From: Thermodesulfobacteriota bacterium
Lineage (GTDB): Bacteria; Desulfobacterota; Desulfobulbia; Desulfobulbales; SURF-16
Assembly (NCBI GenBank): GCA_040755455.1
Contig: JBFMAY010000012.1
Location: forward strand, 1-64,000
Direction of reading: 5' to 3'
Length of the DNA: 64,000 bases
Of the stretch, positions 52,456 to 61,262 are shown one piece after another; positions within the stretch are counted from its first letter, which is position 1, and each line of letters begins with the position of its first letter. The translations under genes and the position numbers were made by a program. The notes below the pieces were generated by a model that was given only the letters and a program-made list of their open reading frames with translations, had not been told where the DNA came from and made no database searches.

Positions 52456-52788
52456 ATGAGACAGTTTGTGATTGATGAACTCAGCAGGGAAGAACGGGAC
52501 AACCTGGATAATTATCTGAAAAGAAACGCCAAATCCGGCGGCATGGAGGGGATGTTCTGGCTGCCGGTGCCGGATGACCTGCTGGCTGAGGCGCAGCAAG
52601 GTCACCAAGATTGCGGCCCCTTTTTTTTCGGGCTGGAACTGGCGGAGAAAAAACTGATTATTGAACTGCTGGTCAGAAGCCAGAGCAATTTACACTGTTC
52701 CTGCATCAGTTACGCAACTAAGGCCCAGCGGGACTATCTGCTCAGCTTCCTGGACACCATGCTGCAGGAGGAACGGATCAAAGCGTAA
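52456..52788 (+). CDS. Hypothetical protein with HxxC and HCxC motifs
   Basis: Protein-like 110-aa ORF, AAGGA RBS, followed by a terminator. Confidence 0.75.
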   Translation: MRQFVIDELSREERDNLDNYLKRNAKSGGMEGMFWLPVPDDLLAEAQQGHQDCGPFFFGLELAEKKLIIELLVRSQSNLHCSCISYATKAQRDYLLSFLDTMLQEERIKA

Positions 52789-52816
52789 AAGACCTTTTTT
52801 GGAGGAATAAATATCA

Positions 52817-52856
52817 CAAAAAAACCCGCCAGGTATACGCCTGGCGGGTTTTTTTG
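52817..52856. terminator. Bidirectional rho-independent terminator
   Basis: A7-CCCGCCAGG-tatacg-CCTGGCGGG-T7 between convergent operons. Confidence 0.92.
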
Positions 52857-52886
52857 CTAATGGCATTATCAGCCAGCAGGCGGGGA

Positions 52887-53060
52887 TCACCACCAGCAGA
52901 TTGTCTGATCAGCGCCCCAAACCATATCAACCAGCTTATTATAGTCAGGAGACTCGACATTCAGATTAAATGATTCATTATCACGGCCTTCGGAGACAAT
53001 GGCCACCAATTTCTTGACATCGTCATTAGGCTCGGAACGGTATACATGCAGGATTTTCAT
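52887..53060 (-). CDS. Small DsrH/TusB-like protein, 57 aa (not in ORF track)
   Basis: Hand translation MKILHVYRSEPNDDVKKLVAIVSEGRDNESFNLNVESPDYNKLVDMVWGADQTICWW; GGGAG RBS; last gene before the terminator. Confidence 0.8.
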   Translation of the reverse strand: MKILHVYRSEPNDDVKKLVAIVSEGRDNESFNLNVESPDYNKLVDMVWGADQTICWW

Positions 53061-53102
53061 TGTGCATTCTCCCTGTAATATCTTAACTCTTAGCTGCCAA
53101 AA

Positions 53103-53423
53103 TCAGCTCTTATCACTTCTCATGATGCCATAAGGAACGATGATTTCCATGTCGCGCAACTTCTGGCCAAGCTCCTCAAGGGTCATTTTCACCAAGCCGT
53201 ATTTCTCAACATTTGCATCGGGAATGGAATAAATCTCACCTTCCATATCGCGAATCCAGTCAATGTTTTCCTTGTGGTAATCAGTCATCTGGGCTTCAGC
53301 TATTTCGTTGTTCACAACAACACCATAGGCATACATATTCTCCACGGCAAGGCCGAGGGCTGATCTGACGCCATCAAGGATGTACTCGCTGCTGGGATAC
53401 ATAAAGCAAACTTTCTTTGACAT
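53103..53423 (-). CDS. DsrF/TusC-like protein
   Basis: DGVRSALGLA helix, TLEELGQKLRDMEIIVPY tail; GGAGG RBS; follows the dsrE-like gene. Confidence 0.65.
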   Translation of the reverse strand: MSKKVCFMYPSSEYILDGVRSALGLAVENMYAYGVVVNNEIAEAQMTDYHKENIDWIRDMEGEIYSIPDANVEKYGLVKMTLEELGQKLRDMEIIVPYGIMRSDKS

Positions 53424-53432
53424 CGGTTCCTC

Positions 53433-53753
53433 CTATAAAGTCAGATAGCATTCATAATCTTCAATGATGGCGCCATGCTGTGCCTGGGTAGCCATCTTTT
53501 CCTGGGTCAGTCCCGGGGGGATATCGCCTGCTACGTCATAGCCCATTTTCTTGTAGCTGTCAGCGCAGATGGAAACATCAACGTTCTCCATATCGCAAAG
53601 ATCTTTAAAACCTGGACACTTGGTCAGATGGGTGGCCATCCAGGTAAAAAAAACCTTGACTTTGGCGCCTTTTGCCACGGCAGCCTTGGTGATGCCAATG
53701 ACATGCCGCATATTCTGGGGAGATGTTACAAAAATCCCGATACTTTTTGCCAT
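53433..53753 (-). CDS. DsrE/TusD-like sulfurtransferase
   Basis: VKVFFT, SICADSY with Cys at the DsrE active-site position; GGAGG RBS. Confidence 0.8.
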   Translation of the reverse strand: MAKSIGIFVTSPQNMRHVIGITKAAVAKGAKVKVFFTWMATHLTKCPGFKDLCDMENVDVSICADSYKKMGYDVAGDIPPGLTQEKMATQAQHGAIIEDYECYLTL

Positions 53754-53840
53754 GTTATTCCTCCATTAAAAAAAAATTGAAGGGCGCCTTGGCTGGATAA
53801 GCGAAAGCGCCGTCATCAAACATTTAATGTTGCAGGTCAA

Positions 53841-54098
53841 TTATTTTTTCTTAATAAAGAAACGGAAATAGCCGGATTCTTCCTTCTCGCCGACAAAATC
53901 ATGCCCGGCCCTGGTGCACCAGCCCGGCAGATCATTACGGGAACCCGGATCAGTTCCGAGAACTTCCAGTATCTCACCGGATTTGATCTTGTCTATTTCT
54001 TTTTTGGTACGCAGCAGAGGCATTGGACAGCTCAGGCCTTTGGCATCTAAAGTGCGGTCTGCTTTAACATTATCCGGGGCTTTTTTATAGTCGCTCAT
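53841..54098 (-). CDS. tusA: Sulfur carrier TusA
   Basis: LDAKGLSCPMP, GEILEV.GTDPGS..D; GAGGAGG RBS before MSDYKK. Confidence 0.93.
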   Translation of the reverse strand: MSDYKKAPDNVKADRTLDAKGLSCPMPLLRTKKEIDKIKSGEILEVLGTDPGSRNDLPGWCTRAGHDFVGEKEESGYFRFFIKKK

Positions 54099-54460
54099 CG
54101 ATTCCTCCTCACAACAGGTTTGACTTTTAAATTTGTACCTCAACCCACCTGGTGAAAATGATTCAGCCAGGCAACAATGAGATGATTAAGTGAGTAATCA
54201 TATATTGATACATAGTGTGAAATAACAAGAAAGAAATGTTATGTCAAGGCGAAAAATGAATCATGCCTCAGGCGTTATTATTATTATTTTTTTAAAAAAA
54301 CCCACTGCTATTACTTGCTTGACAAATTTTTTCGTCGCGAGTAAAGGTTTACAAATGTTATGGCATGCAAATGATTAATGACTTCCTTGTGAAGTATGAT
54401 TCAGACGGTAATATTGGCTGCTGTCTAATGAGGAAACATTAAAAATAGGGGAGAAAAGAG

Positions 54461-55705
54461 ATGAGCGAGGAAAGTATTTTGGGAAGTAAAATTAAAGGAC
54501 TGTACAAAGGCCTTTGCCAGACGGAATGGAACGCCACCATGACGGGTGTGCTTGTAGCCTTGTTCAGTATCCTGGTCATGGCCTGGTGGCGACCATGGGG
54601 CGCGGTGGGCGCCATTCGCAACTGGGGCGACTGGATCATGTACGGTTTCACCGGCCTGATCGGAACCGATGCGGGTATTTTCGGTTATTACGCAGATGCT
54701 CCCAAGGGTATTCTGTCAGACACCGGCTCAGTCATCGGCATCGGCTTTGTGGCCGGGGCCTTTGTCTCCGCCTGCCTGGGCAACGATTTTGCCATCCGTA
54801 TTCCGCCGGTGCTTGAGATGTGCAAGGCCATGGTGGCCGGCGTGCTGATGGGTATCGGAGCCACCCTGGCCGGCGGCTGCAATGTCGGCGGCTTCTACAA
54901 TGCCATCGGCAACCTGTCCGCCCACGGCTTTGCCATGTGGTTTGGACTGGTCATTGGCGTTGTCATAGGTCTTAAATACATTTACTGGGAAATGGAAAAC
55001 GTAAGCTGGGGCAGCGGCGGCGCCAAAACCATTGAATTTCCTAAGGGTCTTAATTTCCTGCTTGGCTTAGTCGCACTGGCGGCGCTGATTGGCGGCACCT
55101 ATATCTATGCCGGCAACGAGGACAGCGATTATATGGCCTCTCTTGGCGGTCTCCTGTTGATTGCGGCCGCTATCGGTTACACCATGCAGCGCGGCCGCTG
55201 GTGCATGATTCAGGGTTTCCGTGAACCCCATATGACCGGCAACTGCACCATGGCGAAATCCGTGGCGCTGAGTATTTTTATCGTGGCCCTCGGGGCAACG
55301 GTGCTCAAATACGGGGTTCCCGTCAGGCTGGATGGCGAACCTGTTTTGGCTCCCATTAATTACGTCCGCGGCACATTCGGCTGGGGCGGCGTGGTCGGCG
55401 GCATTATTTTCGGCATGGGCGCCATGCTGGCCGGCGGCTGTGGTACAGGAACCCTCTGGCGTGTCGGTGAAGGACAGATAAAGCTGTGGATCGTCGTGCC
55501 GATTTTTGCCATCAGCAATTCCATCATGACCGCCTGGTTTAACGACAGGGAATTCGAGGCGGACGGCGTGCTGGGCAAATATGTCTTCCTGCCCGATGTC
55601 TTCGGTTTTGGCGGGACGTTGTTTCTCATCGCCGCTTTCCTGCTTGCCTGGTATATCACGGTTGACTGGAATGAAGAATCCAATAAGTTGATTGTGGAAA
55701 TGTAA
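54461..55705 (+). CDS. YeeE/YedE family sulfur-compound transporter
   Basis: Multi-TM; LAGGCNVG, RGRWCM, GAMLAGGCGTG motifs; divergent from tusA. Confidence 0.9.
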   Translation: MSEESILGSKIKGLYKGLCQTEWNATMTGVLVALFSILVMAWWRPWGAVGAIRNWGDWIMYGFTGLIGTDAGIFGYYADAPKGILSDTGSVIGIGFVAGAFVSACLGNDFAIRIPPVLEMCKAMVAGVLMGIGATLAGGCNVGGFYNAIGNLSAHGFAMWFGLVIGVVIGLKYIYWEMENVSWGSGGAKTIEFPKGLNFLLGLVALAALIGGTYIYAGNEDSDYMASLGGLLLIAAAIGYTMQRGRWCMIQGFREPHMTGNCTMAKSVALSIFIVALGATVLKYGVPVRLDGEPVLAPINYVRGTFGWGGVVGGIIFGMGAMLAGGCGTGTLWRVGEGQIKLWIVVPIFAISNSIMTAWFNDREFEADGVLGKYVFLPDVFGFGGTLFLIAAFLLAWYITVDWNEESNKLIVEM

Positions 55706-55754
55706 GAGAAGACACCGGGCAATTTTCTCCTTGCCCGGCTTCCCACCATTTGCC

Positions 55755-55794
55755 AAAACGCATTTTCGTTCTTTTCGGAAATGCGTTTTTTTTT
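55755..55794 (+). terminator. Rho-independent terminator after the yedE-like gene
   Basis: AAAACGCATTTTCG...CGGAAATGCG followed by a T run. Confidence 0.75.
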
Positions 55795-55877
55795 GCCTTG
55801 ACAGTTAAAGTAGTATAGGTGAACATTAAAAGTATATTATTTAAGTTATTTCTAAAACATTACCAAGCAGACCGAAG

Positions 55878-57719
55878 ATGATTGCCCCGAATACCGGCCT
55901 ACGCCCATATATATCTCTCGCACCGGAGCACCTGCTGCACGGCGATGAGGTTATCGTTATCGTGGATGATGAAATTGCCATCCGCGAGCCGCTCAAATTC
56001 TATTTCGAACAGAATGGTTTTGCCGTTACCGATGCAAACAGCGGCAGCGAATTAATCAATCTGCTGGCAAACAGACATGTAGCGTTGGTCTTGCTCGATA
56101 TTGGTTTACCCGATGCCGATGGCACCTCACTTCTTCCCCAAATTACGACCAACTATCCGGATGTCTCCATTGTCATGCTGTCCGGCCAGTCAGATATCCA
56201 GGTTGCCTTGGATTGCATCCGTAACGGCGCTGATGATTACATAACCAAACCCGTCCAGTTCAACGAAATCCTGGTGGCCGTAAAAAAGAACCTGGAAAAA
56301 AGGCGGCTGATCCTGGAAAACCGCCGCTACCAGGAGGATCTTGAACAGGCCTATTTCCGCATCCAGCTTCTGCATCAGCTCTCCCTGAAAATGAACAGCG
56401 TTTATCTTAATGCGGTGGAGCTGGACGAGATTCTCCGCGCCATTCTGGTGGGTATTACCGCCAATGAAGGTTTGCGCTTCAACCGGGCCTTTCTTGCCTT
56501 ATTTGACCCCAGCAATCAATTTCTGGAAGGCAGAATGGCCATTGGCCCCAGCTGCCGGGAGGAAGCCGCGCATATCTGGGCGGAAATGCGGGCCAAGGAA
56601 CTCAACTTCATCGAGATCATAAAAAATCTCGGAGAGGCATGCATGCGGGAAGATGCTGCCGTCAACCAGATCGTCAAAACCCTCAGGATCCCTGTCACCC
56701 TCACTGATCATATCCTGATCAAATCCGCCACGGAAAGAATGAGCTTCAAGGTCAGTGGCGGGATTTCGTCGATCCCTGTGCCGCACGACCTGATCAACCT
56801 GCTCAAAGAGGACACCTTTGTCGTGGTGCCGCTTTTTGCCCCGGGCCGCTCCATCGGCGTCATTATCGCCGACAACTATGTCACCCGCAAACCCATTCCG
56901 GACAGCCATGTCGGCACCCTGGAACTTTTTGCCAGCCAGGGCAGCCTTGCCATTGAACAAAGCCGTCTGTATATGGATATGCAGAAAAAGATCGCGGAAC
57001 TTGAAGAGGTGACCCAGGAGCTGGACAAAAACAAAGACCTGCTGATTGAGGCTGAAAGATACTCGGCCCTGGGCCAGATGGCGGCCCAGATGGTGCACAT
57101 CATCAGAAATCCCATTACCTCCATCGGCGGGGTTGCTCGCATACTTGCCCGCAAGATTGCCGGAGAGGAGTGGAAAAAATATCTTGATGTCATGGTCAAG
57201 GAAACCGACCGGCTGGAGGCAACCCTGACGGAGCTCTTCGACTTCGTCAGCCAGCCGCAGGGCGAAAAACAGCTCAACAACCTCTATCCGCTCATCCGCA
57301 AAACTGTCATTCTGCTGCAGACCAGCCTGGTGAAACAGAATATATCCTGGACCCTGGACCTTGCCGAGCCTGACCCGGTTATTTTCATGGATGCCAAGCA
57401 AATACGAAGGGTTTTCCTCAACATCATCCGCAACGCCATGGAGGCCATGCCCCATGGCGGGACGCTAAAGATAGCAGCCCAGGTTGACAACGAGTGGGCG
57501 CATATTTCACTCCGGGATACTGGGATCGGGCTTTCCGGTGCCTATCTTGACAAGGCAAAAGAGCCTTTTTTTACCACCAAGACCTATGGCACGGGCATGG
57601 GTCTCACGCTTGTTGACCGATTCATCAAGGCCCACGGGGGAAATTTTTCACTCATCCGCCACGACACCGGACTGGAAGTGAAAATCAATCTCCCCCTGGC
57701 GAAAAATGAAAATATCTGA
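55878..57719 (+). CDS. Receiver-GAF-histidine kinase hybrid
   Basis: IVDDE, LLDIGLPD, DYITKP; GAF-like FNRAFLALFD..IGVIIADN; MVHIIRNP, NIIRNA, DTGIG, FFTTK, GTGMGL. Confidence 0.9.
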   Translation: MIAPNTGLRPYISLAPEHLLHGDEVIVIVDDEIAIREPLKFYFEQNGFAVTDANSGSELINLLANRHVALVLLDIGLPDADGTSLLPQITTNYPDVSIVMLSGQSDIQVALDCIRNGADDYITKPVQFNEILVAVKKNLEKRRLILENRRYQEDLEQAYFRIQLLHQLSLKMNSVYLNAVELDEILRAILVGITANEGLRFNRAFLALFDPSNQFLEGRMAIGPSCREEAAHIWAEMRAKELNFIEIIKNLGEACMREDAAVNQIVKTLRIPVTLTDHILIKSATERMSFKVSGGISSIPVPHDLINLLKEDTFVVVPLFAPGRSIGVIIADNYVTRKPIPDSHVGTLELFASQGSLAIEQSRLYMDMQKKIAELEEVTQELDKNKDLLIEAERYSALGQMAAQMVHIIRNPITSIGGVARILARKIAGEEWKKYLDVMVKETDRLEATLTELFDFVSQPQGEKQLNNLYPLIRKTVILLQTSLVKQNISWTLDLAEPDPVIFMDAKQIRRVFLNIIRNAMEAMPHGGTLKIAAQVDNEWAHISLRDTGIGLSGAYLDKAKEPFFTTKTYGTGMGLTLVDRFIKAHGGNFSLIRHDTGLEVKINLPLAKNENI

Positions 57720-58752
57720 ACAATCCCATCTTGCCATTTACAAAATCGAACCAGGAACCGGCCAGAAAGTTCCAGTGAGCAAGGGCACCGACAACCTGCC
57801 CTTTGCCCCGGGTCAACTTATCAAAGGCACGGTTGCCGGATTTACCGGAGACGGCAAGGTACTGCTTGACGTCGGCGGCCAAATGGTAACAGCCAGAACC
57901 CTGGTGCCGTTAACCGTGGGCAGTGAACTCTGGCTGGAAACAGGGCAAGGGGGCATCTCCCCTCTTTTGACCCTGGCCGCCAAAAAAGGGGCGGTGCAGG
58001 ATTTCCTGAAACTGCTGGTTTCCGGGGCACCGTTGCCTGCAGCAAGCGCGAAAGGACTTGCCGACCTGTTATCCGCACTGCTGCCAGGTCTTACTCCGGA
58101 AGCAACTGCCGGCGGACAGATAATGACCGGGGCCGCGATTGCGGCGACAAGCGGCGGTGAATCTTCCCCTGAAGCCATTAAGATGCTGGCCATGCTGCTA
58201 GGGGGCTCATCCAGGCCACGGATGGAAATCTCCCAGCTGCTAGATTCCATCGACCAAAATGAATCCCTGCAGAAACCAGTGCTCCAGCCGACGGCGGAAA
58301 AAATTGTCAAAATCATGGCCGTGCATCAGGAGATAAACAGTCAGCCCCCCCAGACACCCGATCAGAACTTTTTCCTCTTTCCCTGTTTTTTTGCCGGCAA
58401 CGCAGGCTGGGGTGAGTGGATTTTTTCCATGGAAAAAGAGGCCGATCCTGGCGGAGGAGAACACTACAGCCTGTCGTTTTTTCTTGAAATGAGCCGGCTC
58501 GGCCCCCTTGCCCTGCAGGCAACCATTACCGGCAGGACCATCACCGGCCAGTTTCTGCTTGCATCGGACCAGGCAAGATCCCATGTTGCCGACCATGTCC
58601 AGGAGCTTGTCCATATTCTGGAAAAGCAGGGCTATCACCCAGTAAGTTTCACCTGCCGGATAAATAAGGCAAATATTGTCAGCCAACTGAAGGATGCCCT
58701 GGAGGAAAAGGCGACCATCAGACGTTTCTCACTCCTTGATGTCAGCGTCTGA
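57706..58752 (+). CDS. FliK-like (hook-length control C-terminal domain) protein
   Basis: N-terminal GQLIKGTV beta domain, low-complexity middle, FLEMSRLGPL...L..LEKQGY, terminal LLDVSV. Confidence 0.65.
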   Translation: MKISEQSHLAIYKIEPGTGQKVPVSKGTDNLPFAPGQLIKGTVAGFTGDGKVLLDVGGQMVTARTLVPLTVGSELWLETGQGGISPLLTLAAKKGAVQDFLKLLVSGAPLPAASAKGLADLLSALLPGLTPEATAGGQIMTGAAIAATSGGESSPEAIKMLAMLLGGSSRPRMEISQLLDSIDQNESLQKPVLQPTAEKIVKIMAVHQEINSQPPQTPDQNFFLFPCFFAGNAGWGEWIFSMEKEADPGGGEHYSLSFFLEMSRLGPLALQATITGRTITGQFLLASDQARSHVADHVQELVHILEKQGYHPVSFTCRINKANIVSQLKDALEEKATIRRFSLLDVSV

Positions 58753-60171
58753 TCCCATTTTCGCATTGATAAATACCGGTCTCTGCCAGGAAAGAACCAC
58801 TGCCCCCAACCCGGCAACGGAGACCAGCAGAAACGAACTGCGCAGCGCCAGACAGAAAGATCGGGCATGAACCATGGAGTAGTCCTTCAGTTCCACTCCC
58901 CCTGTTATCTTCCGGAAAAAAAAGGAGAAAAAAAGGCCGGCCAGGGCAACGCCAAGCATCATGCCCAGATTGCGGGCCGTGGCGAGTAAAGCTGCCGCCG
59001 TCCCACTGTTTTTGTTGCCGATCCTGGCCAGCACCGAGGCGCTGTTGGGTGACAGAAAAATGGCCTGGCCGACCCCCAGAAAAACAAGCCGCGCAACGAC
59101 TCCGGCAGGGGGCGTTTCCGGGGACAGGAAGGCAAGGAGCAGCAAACCGGTGGTGGAAGAGGCCAGTCCCAGGGTGGAAAGAATTCTCGCCCCCACCGAG
59201 TCGGAGAGCCAGCCGGCAACCGGAGCCACCACTATGGCGGAAAGGGGAATGGCCGTCATGATCAACCCAATCCTTGAAGCAGGCAGCCCCAGCACCAGAT
59301 CAAGGTAAAAGGGAATGAGGATAAGCACAAAAAAAAGCAGCAGAAAAGAGAGCAGAGCGCTGACAACGCCGACGGTGAAAAATCTTTTCTTCAGAAAGGA
59401 CAAAGGCAACACCGGCTCCTCTGCCCGGTTTTCAATTTTCAGGAAAACAAGCAAGGCGGCAATGGCGCAGCAGATCATGACCGCAGCCCATAGCGGGGAA
59501 AGCTGGGCGGAAAAGGCATGGGTGAGAGAAAAGGAGGCGGTGAAAAGCAGAAAACTCCACAGCACAGCCCCGGGCCAGTCATATCGCTTTTCCTCCGGCG
59601 GCCGGGCAGGGGTTGGCGGAAGAATGAACTGCGACAACACAGCAAAGCAAAAGCTTGCCGTCAGCGAAAGGAAAAAAAGCGCCCGCCAGGAAAAAAATTC
59701 AATCAGATACCCTCCCACCACCGGACCGCTCATCAAACCGAGGGAAACAGGAATGCCGATGAACCCCATACTGCGGCCGAGTTTTTCCGGGGGAAATGTC
59801 TGCCGGATAATGGCCGGGCCGTTGGCCATCATCATTGCCGCCCCCAGGGCTTGAAAAAAACGGGCACCGATCAGCATATTCAAGGAAGTTGCCAAGGCAC
59901 AGCCGGCCGACCCCAGACCGAACAGGAGCAAACCAAGACCGTAAAACCTGTTGCGGCCGAGCCGGTCGGAAAGATGCCCCCAGAAGAGCAGGGTGGAACT
60001 TGTAGTCAGCAGATAGGCCATCACCACCCATTCGGTCTTGTGCAGAGGGGCCTGAAACTCTCCCATGATCGCGGGAAGGGCGATGTTCACCATGGAGCTG
60101 TCCAGGGTGGAAAGAAAAACCCCGGAGGCAACCACCAGAAATATCAGAATTTTCTTATCTAAGACGGCCAC
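58729..60171 (-). CDS. MFS transporter, DHA2 type
   Basis: LDSSMVNIALP, GHLSDRLGR, ARFFQALGAAM, GPVVGG; GTG start. Confidence 0.92.
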   Translation of the reverse strand: MAVLDKKILIFLVVASGVFLSTLDSSMVNIALPAIMGEFQAPLHKTEWVVMAYLLTTSSTLLFWGHLSDRLGRNRFYGLGLLLFGLGSAGCALATSLNMLIGARFFQALGAAMMMANGPAIIRQTFPPEKLGRSMGFIGIPVSLGLMSGPVVGGYLIEFFSWRALFFLSLTASFCFAVLSQFILPPTPARPPEEKRYDWPGAVLWSFLLFTASFSLTHAFSAQLSPLWAAVMICCAIAALLVFLKIENRAEEPVLPLSFLKKRFFTVGVVSALLSFLLLFFVLILIPFYLDLVLGLPASRIGLIMTAIPLSAIVVAPVAGWLSDSVGARILSTLGLASSTTGLLLLAFLSPETPPAGVVARLVFLGVGQAIFLSPNSASVLARIGNKNSGTAAALLATARNLGMMLGVALAGLFFSFFFRKITGGVELKDYSMVHARSFCLALRSSFLLVSVAGLGAVVLSWQRPVFINAKMGSDADIKE

Positions 60172-60315
60172 AGCTTTGCGTCACCCGAGGCAAAATATCT
60201 TTTTATTGACATAAAATGAACATTTTGAGTAGTCTATTTTTCTTATATGCAGAGAATGTGCATGAGCCCATACCTGCAAATAATTTTAACGAGTTCTACT
60301 CCATATGGTGAAATA

Positions 60316-60822
60316 ATGAAAAAAAATCCACTTAAAAAAAGAAATTTTCTTCTCGTCATGTTTCTGCTTGCCTTCGTCCTCGGGCCGGTCAGCCAGTCAT
60401 CCGCTGCTGCAACCATGCCCCATTTCGCCCTCAAATCGGTAACTGACGGCAAAACGCTGGACAGTAACGCATTGCAGGGCAAGGTCATGCTTGTCACCTT
60501 TTTCGCCACCTGGTGCCCGCCGTGCATCCAGGAAATACCTTCGCTTATCAGCCTGCAGCAGGAATTTGGCGGGAAAGGATTCACCGTGGTGGCAATTTCC
60601 GTCGATCAGGGAGGAACAAGCCCGGTAAAAAAGGTGATTGAAAAAACTGGCATTAATTACCCCGTCCTCATGGCTGATTCTAAAGTGACCAGTGATTTCG
60701 GCGGCATCGTCGGCATTCCCACCTCATTTCTCGTTAATCAGCAGGGAAATGTGGTGAAAAATTATCCCGGATACGTGGGGCACAGCGTTTTTGCCGAGGA
60801 TATCAAGCAACTTCTTCCTTAA
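60316..60822 (+). CDS. TlpA-family exported thiol:disulfide oxidoreductase
   Basis: Signal peptide, FFATWCPPC..EIP, GIPTSFLV; start set at MKKNP. Confidence 0.92.
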   Translation: MKKNPLKKRNFLLVMFLLAFVLGPVSQSSAAATMPHFALKSVTDGKTLDSNALQGKVMLVTFFATWCPPCIQEIPSLISLQQEFGGKGFTVVAISVDQGGTSPVKKVIEKTGINYPVLMADSKVTSDFGGIVGIPTSFLVNQQGNVVKNYPGYVGHSVFAEDIKQLLP

Positions 60823-60897
60823 AAAAGATTTGGAAGGAGGCAAAAGGTTGTTATACTTATTGCCGACTGCGGGATTGAATCTCTATTCATTTTGAGG

Positions 60898-60925
60898 TTG
60901 ACATCCTCAAGAGGCAAGGTATATT
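60898..60925 (+). promoter_or_regulatory. Putative sigma70 promoter with overlapping inverted repeat
   Basis: TTGACA-16bp-TATATT; TTGAGG-N7-CCTCAA dyad at 60892-60910. Confidence 0.55.
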
Positions 60926-60988
60926 AAATAGTGTATGGTTAGGGTGGTTAGTTTTTATTGATCAGCAAAACATCAAAAGGAGAAACAA

Positions 60989-61195
60989 ATGAGCAAGAAA
61001 CTTTTGACTCTGGCATTGGCCGTAGCTTTTATCGCAAGCACCGCAACCGTATCTCTGGCTGCTAAAATTAAATGTACCGTTGACAGCGTTGCTGGCGACA
61101 AGGTAACCATGACCTGTGAAGGTGCCGCCGATTTGAAAGCTGGCGACAAAGTTGAAGTAAAAGCCGGAAAAGGCAAAGCAGTAGAAGGTTGCTAA
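60989..61195 (+). CDS. Small secreted protein with C-terminal EGC (ExtJ-like)
   Basis: AAGGAG RBS, Sec signal peptide, small beta domain with two Cys, terminal Gly-Cys; own promoter and terminator. Confidence 0.8.
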   Translation: MSKKLLTLALAVAFIASTATVSLAAKIKCTVDSVAGDKVTMTCEGAADLKAGDKVEVKAGKGKAVEGC

Positions 61196-61222
61196 TTTCT
61201 TTCCCTGTTTAAACCGCTGAAT

Positions 61223-61262
61223 AAAAAGACCGTTTGATCTTCGGATAAAACGGTCTTTTTTT
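61223..61262 (+). terminator. Rho-independent terminator
   Basis: AAAAAGACCGTTT..cTTCGg..AAACGGTC followed by a T run. Confidence 0.85.

Noticed and set aside
53058..53105. TGA readthrough or selenocysteine fusing the dsrF-like and dsrH-like genes (in frame, 14 open codons)
   Set aside because: Easily arises by chance; the downstream gene has its own RBS; no SECIS-like hairpin evident
54361..54376. Sigma54 promoter upstream of yedE (TGGCATG...)
   Set aside because: No GC at the -12 position with the required spacing; same for TGGCATA near 40740
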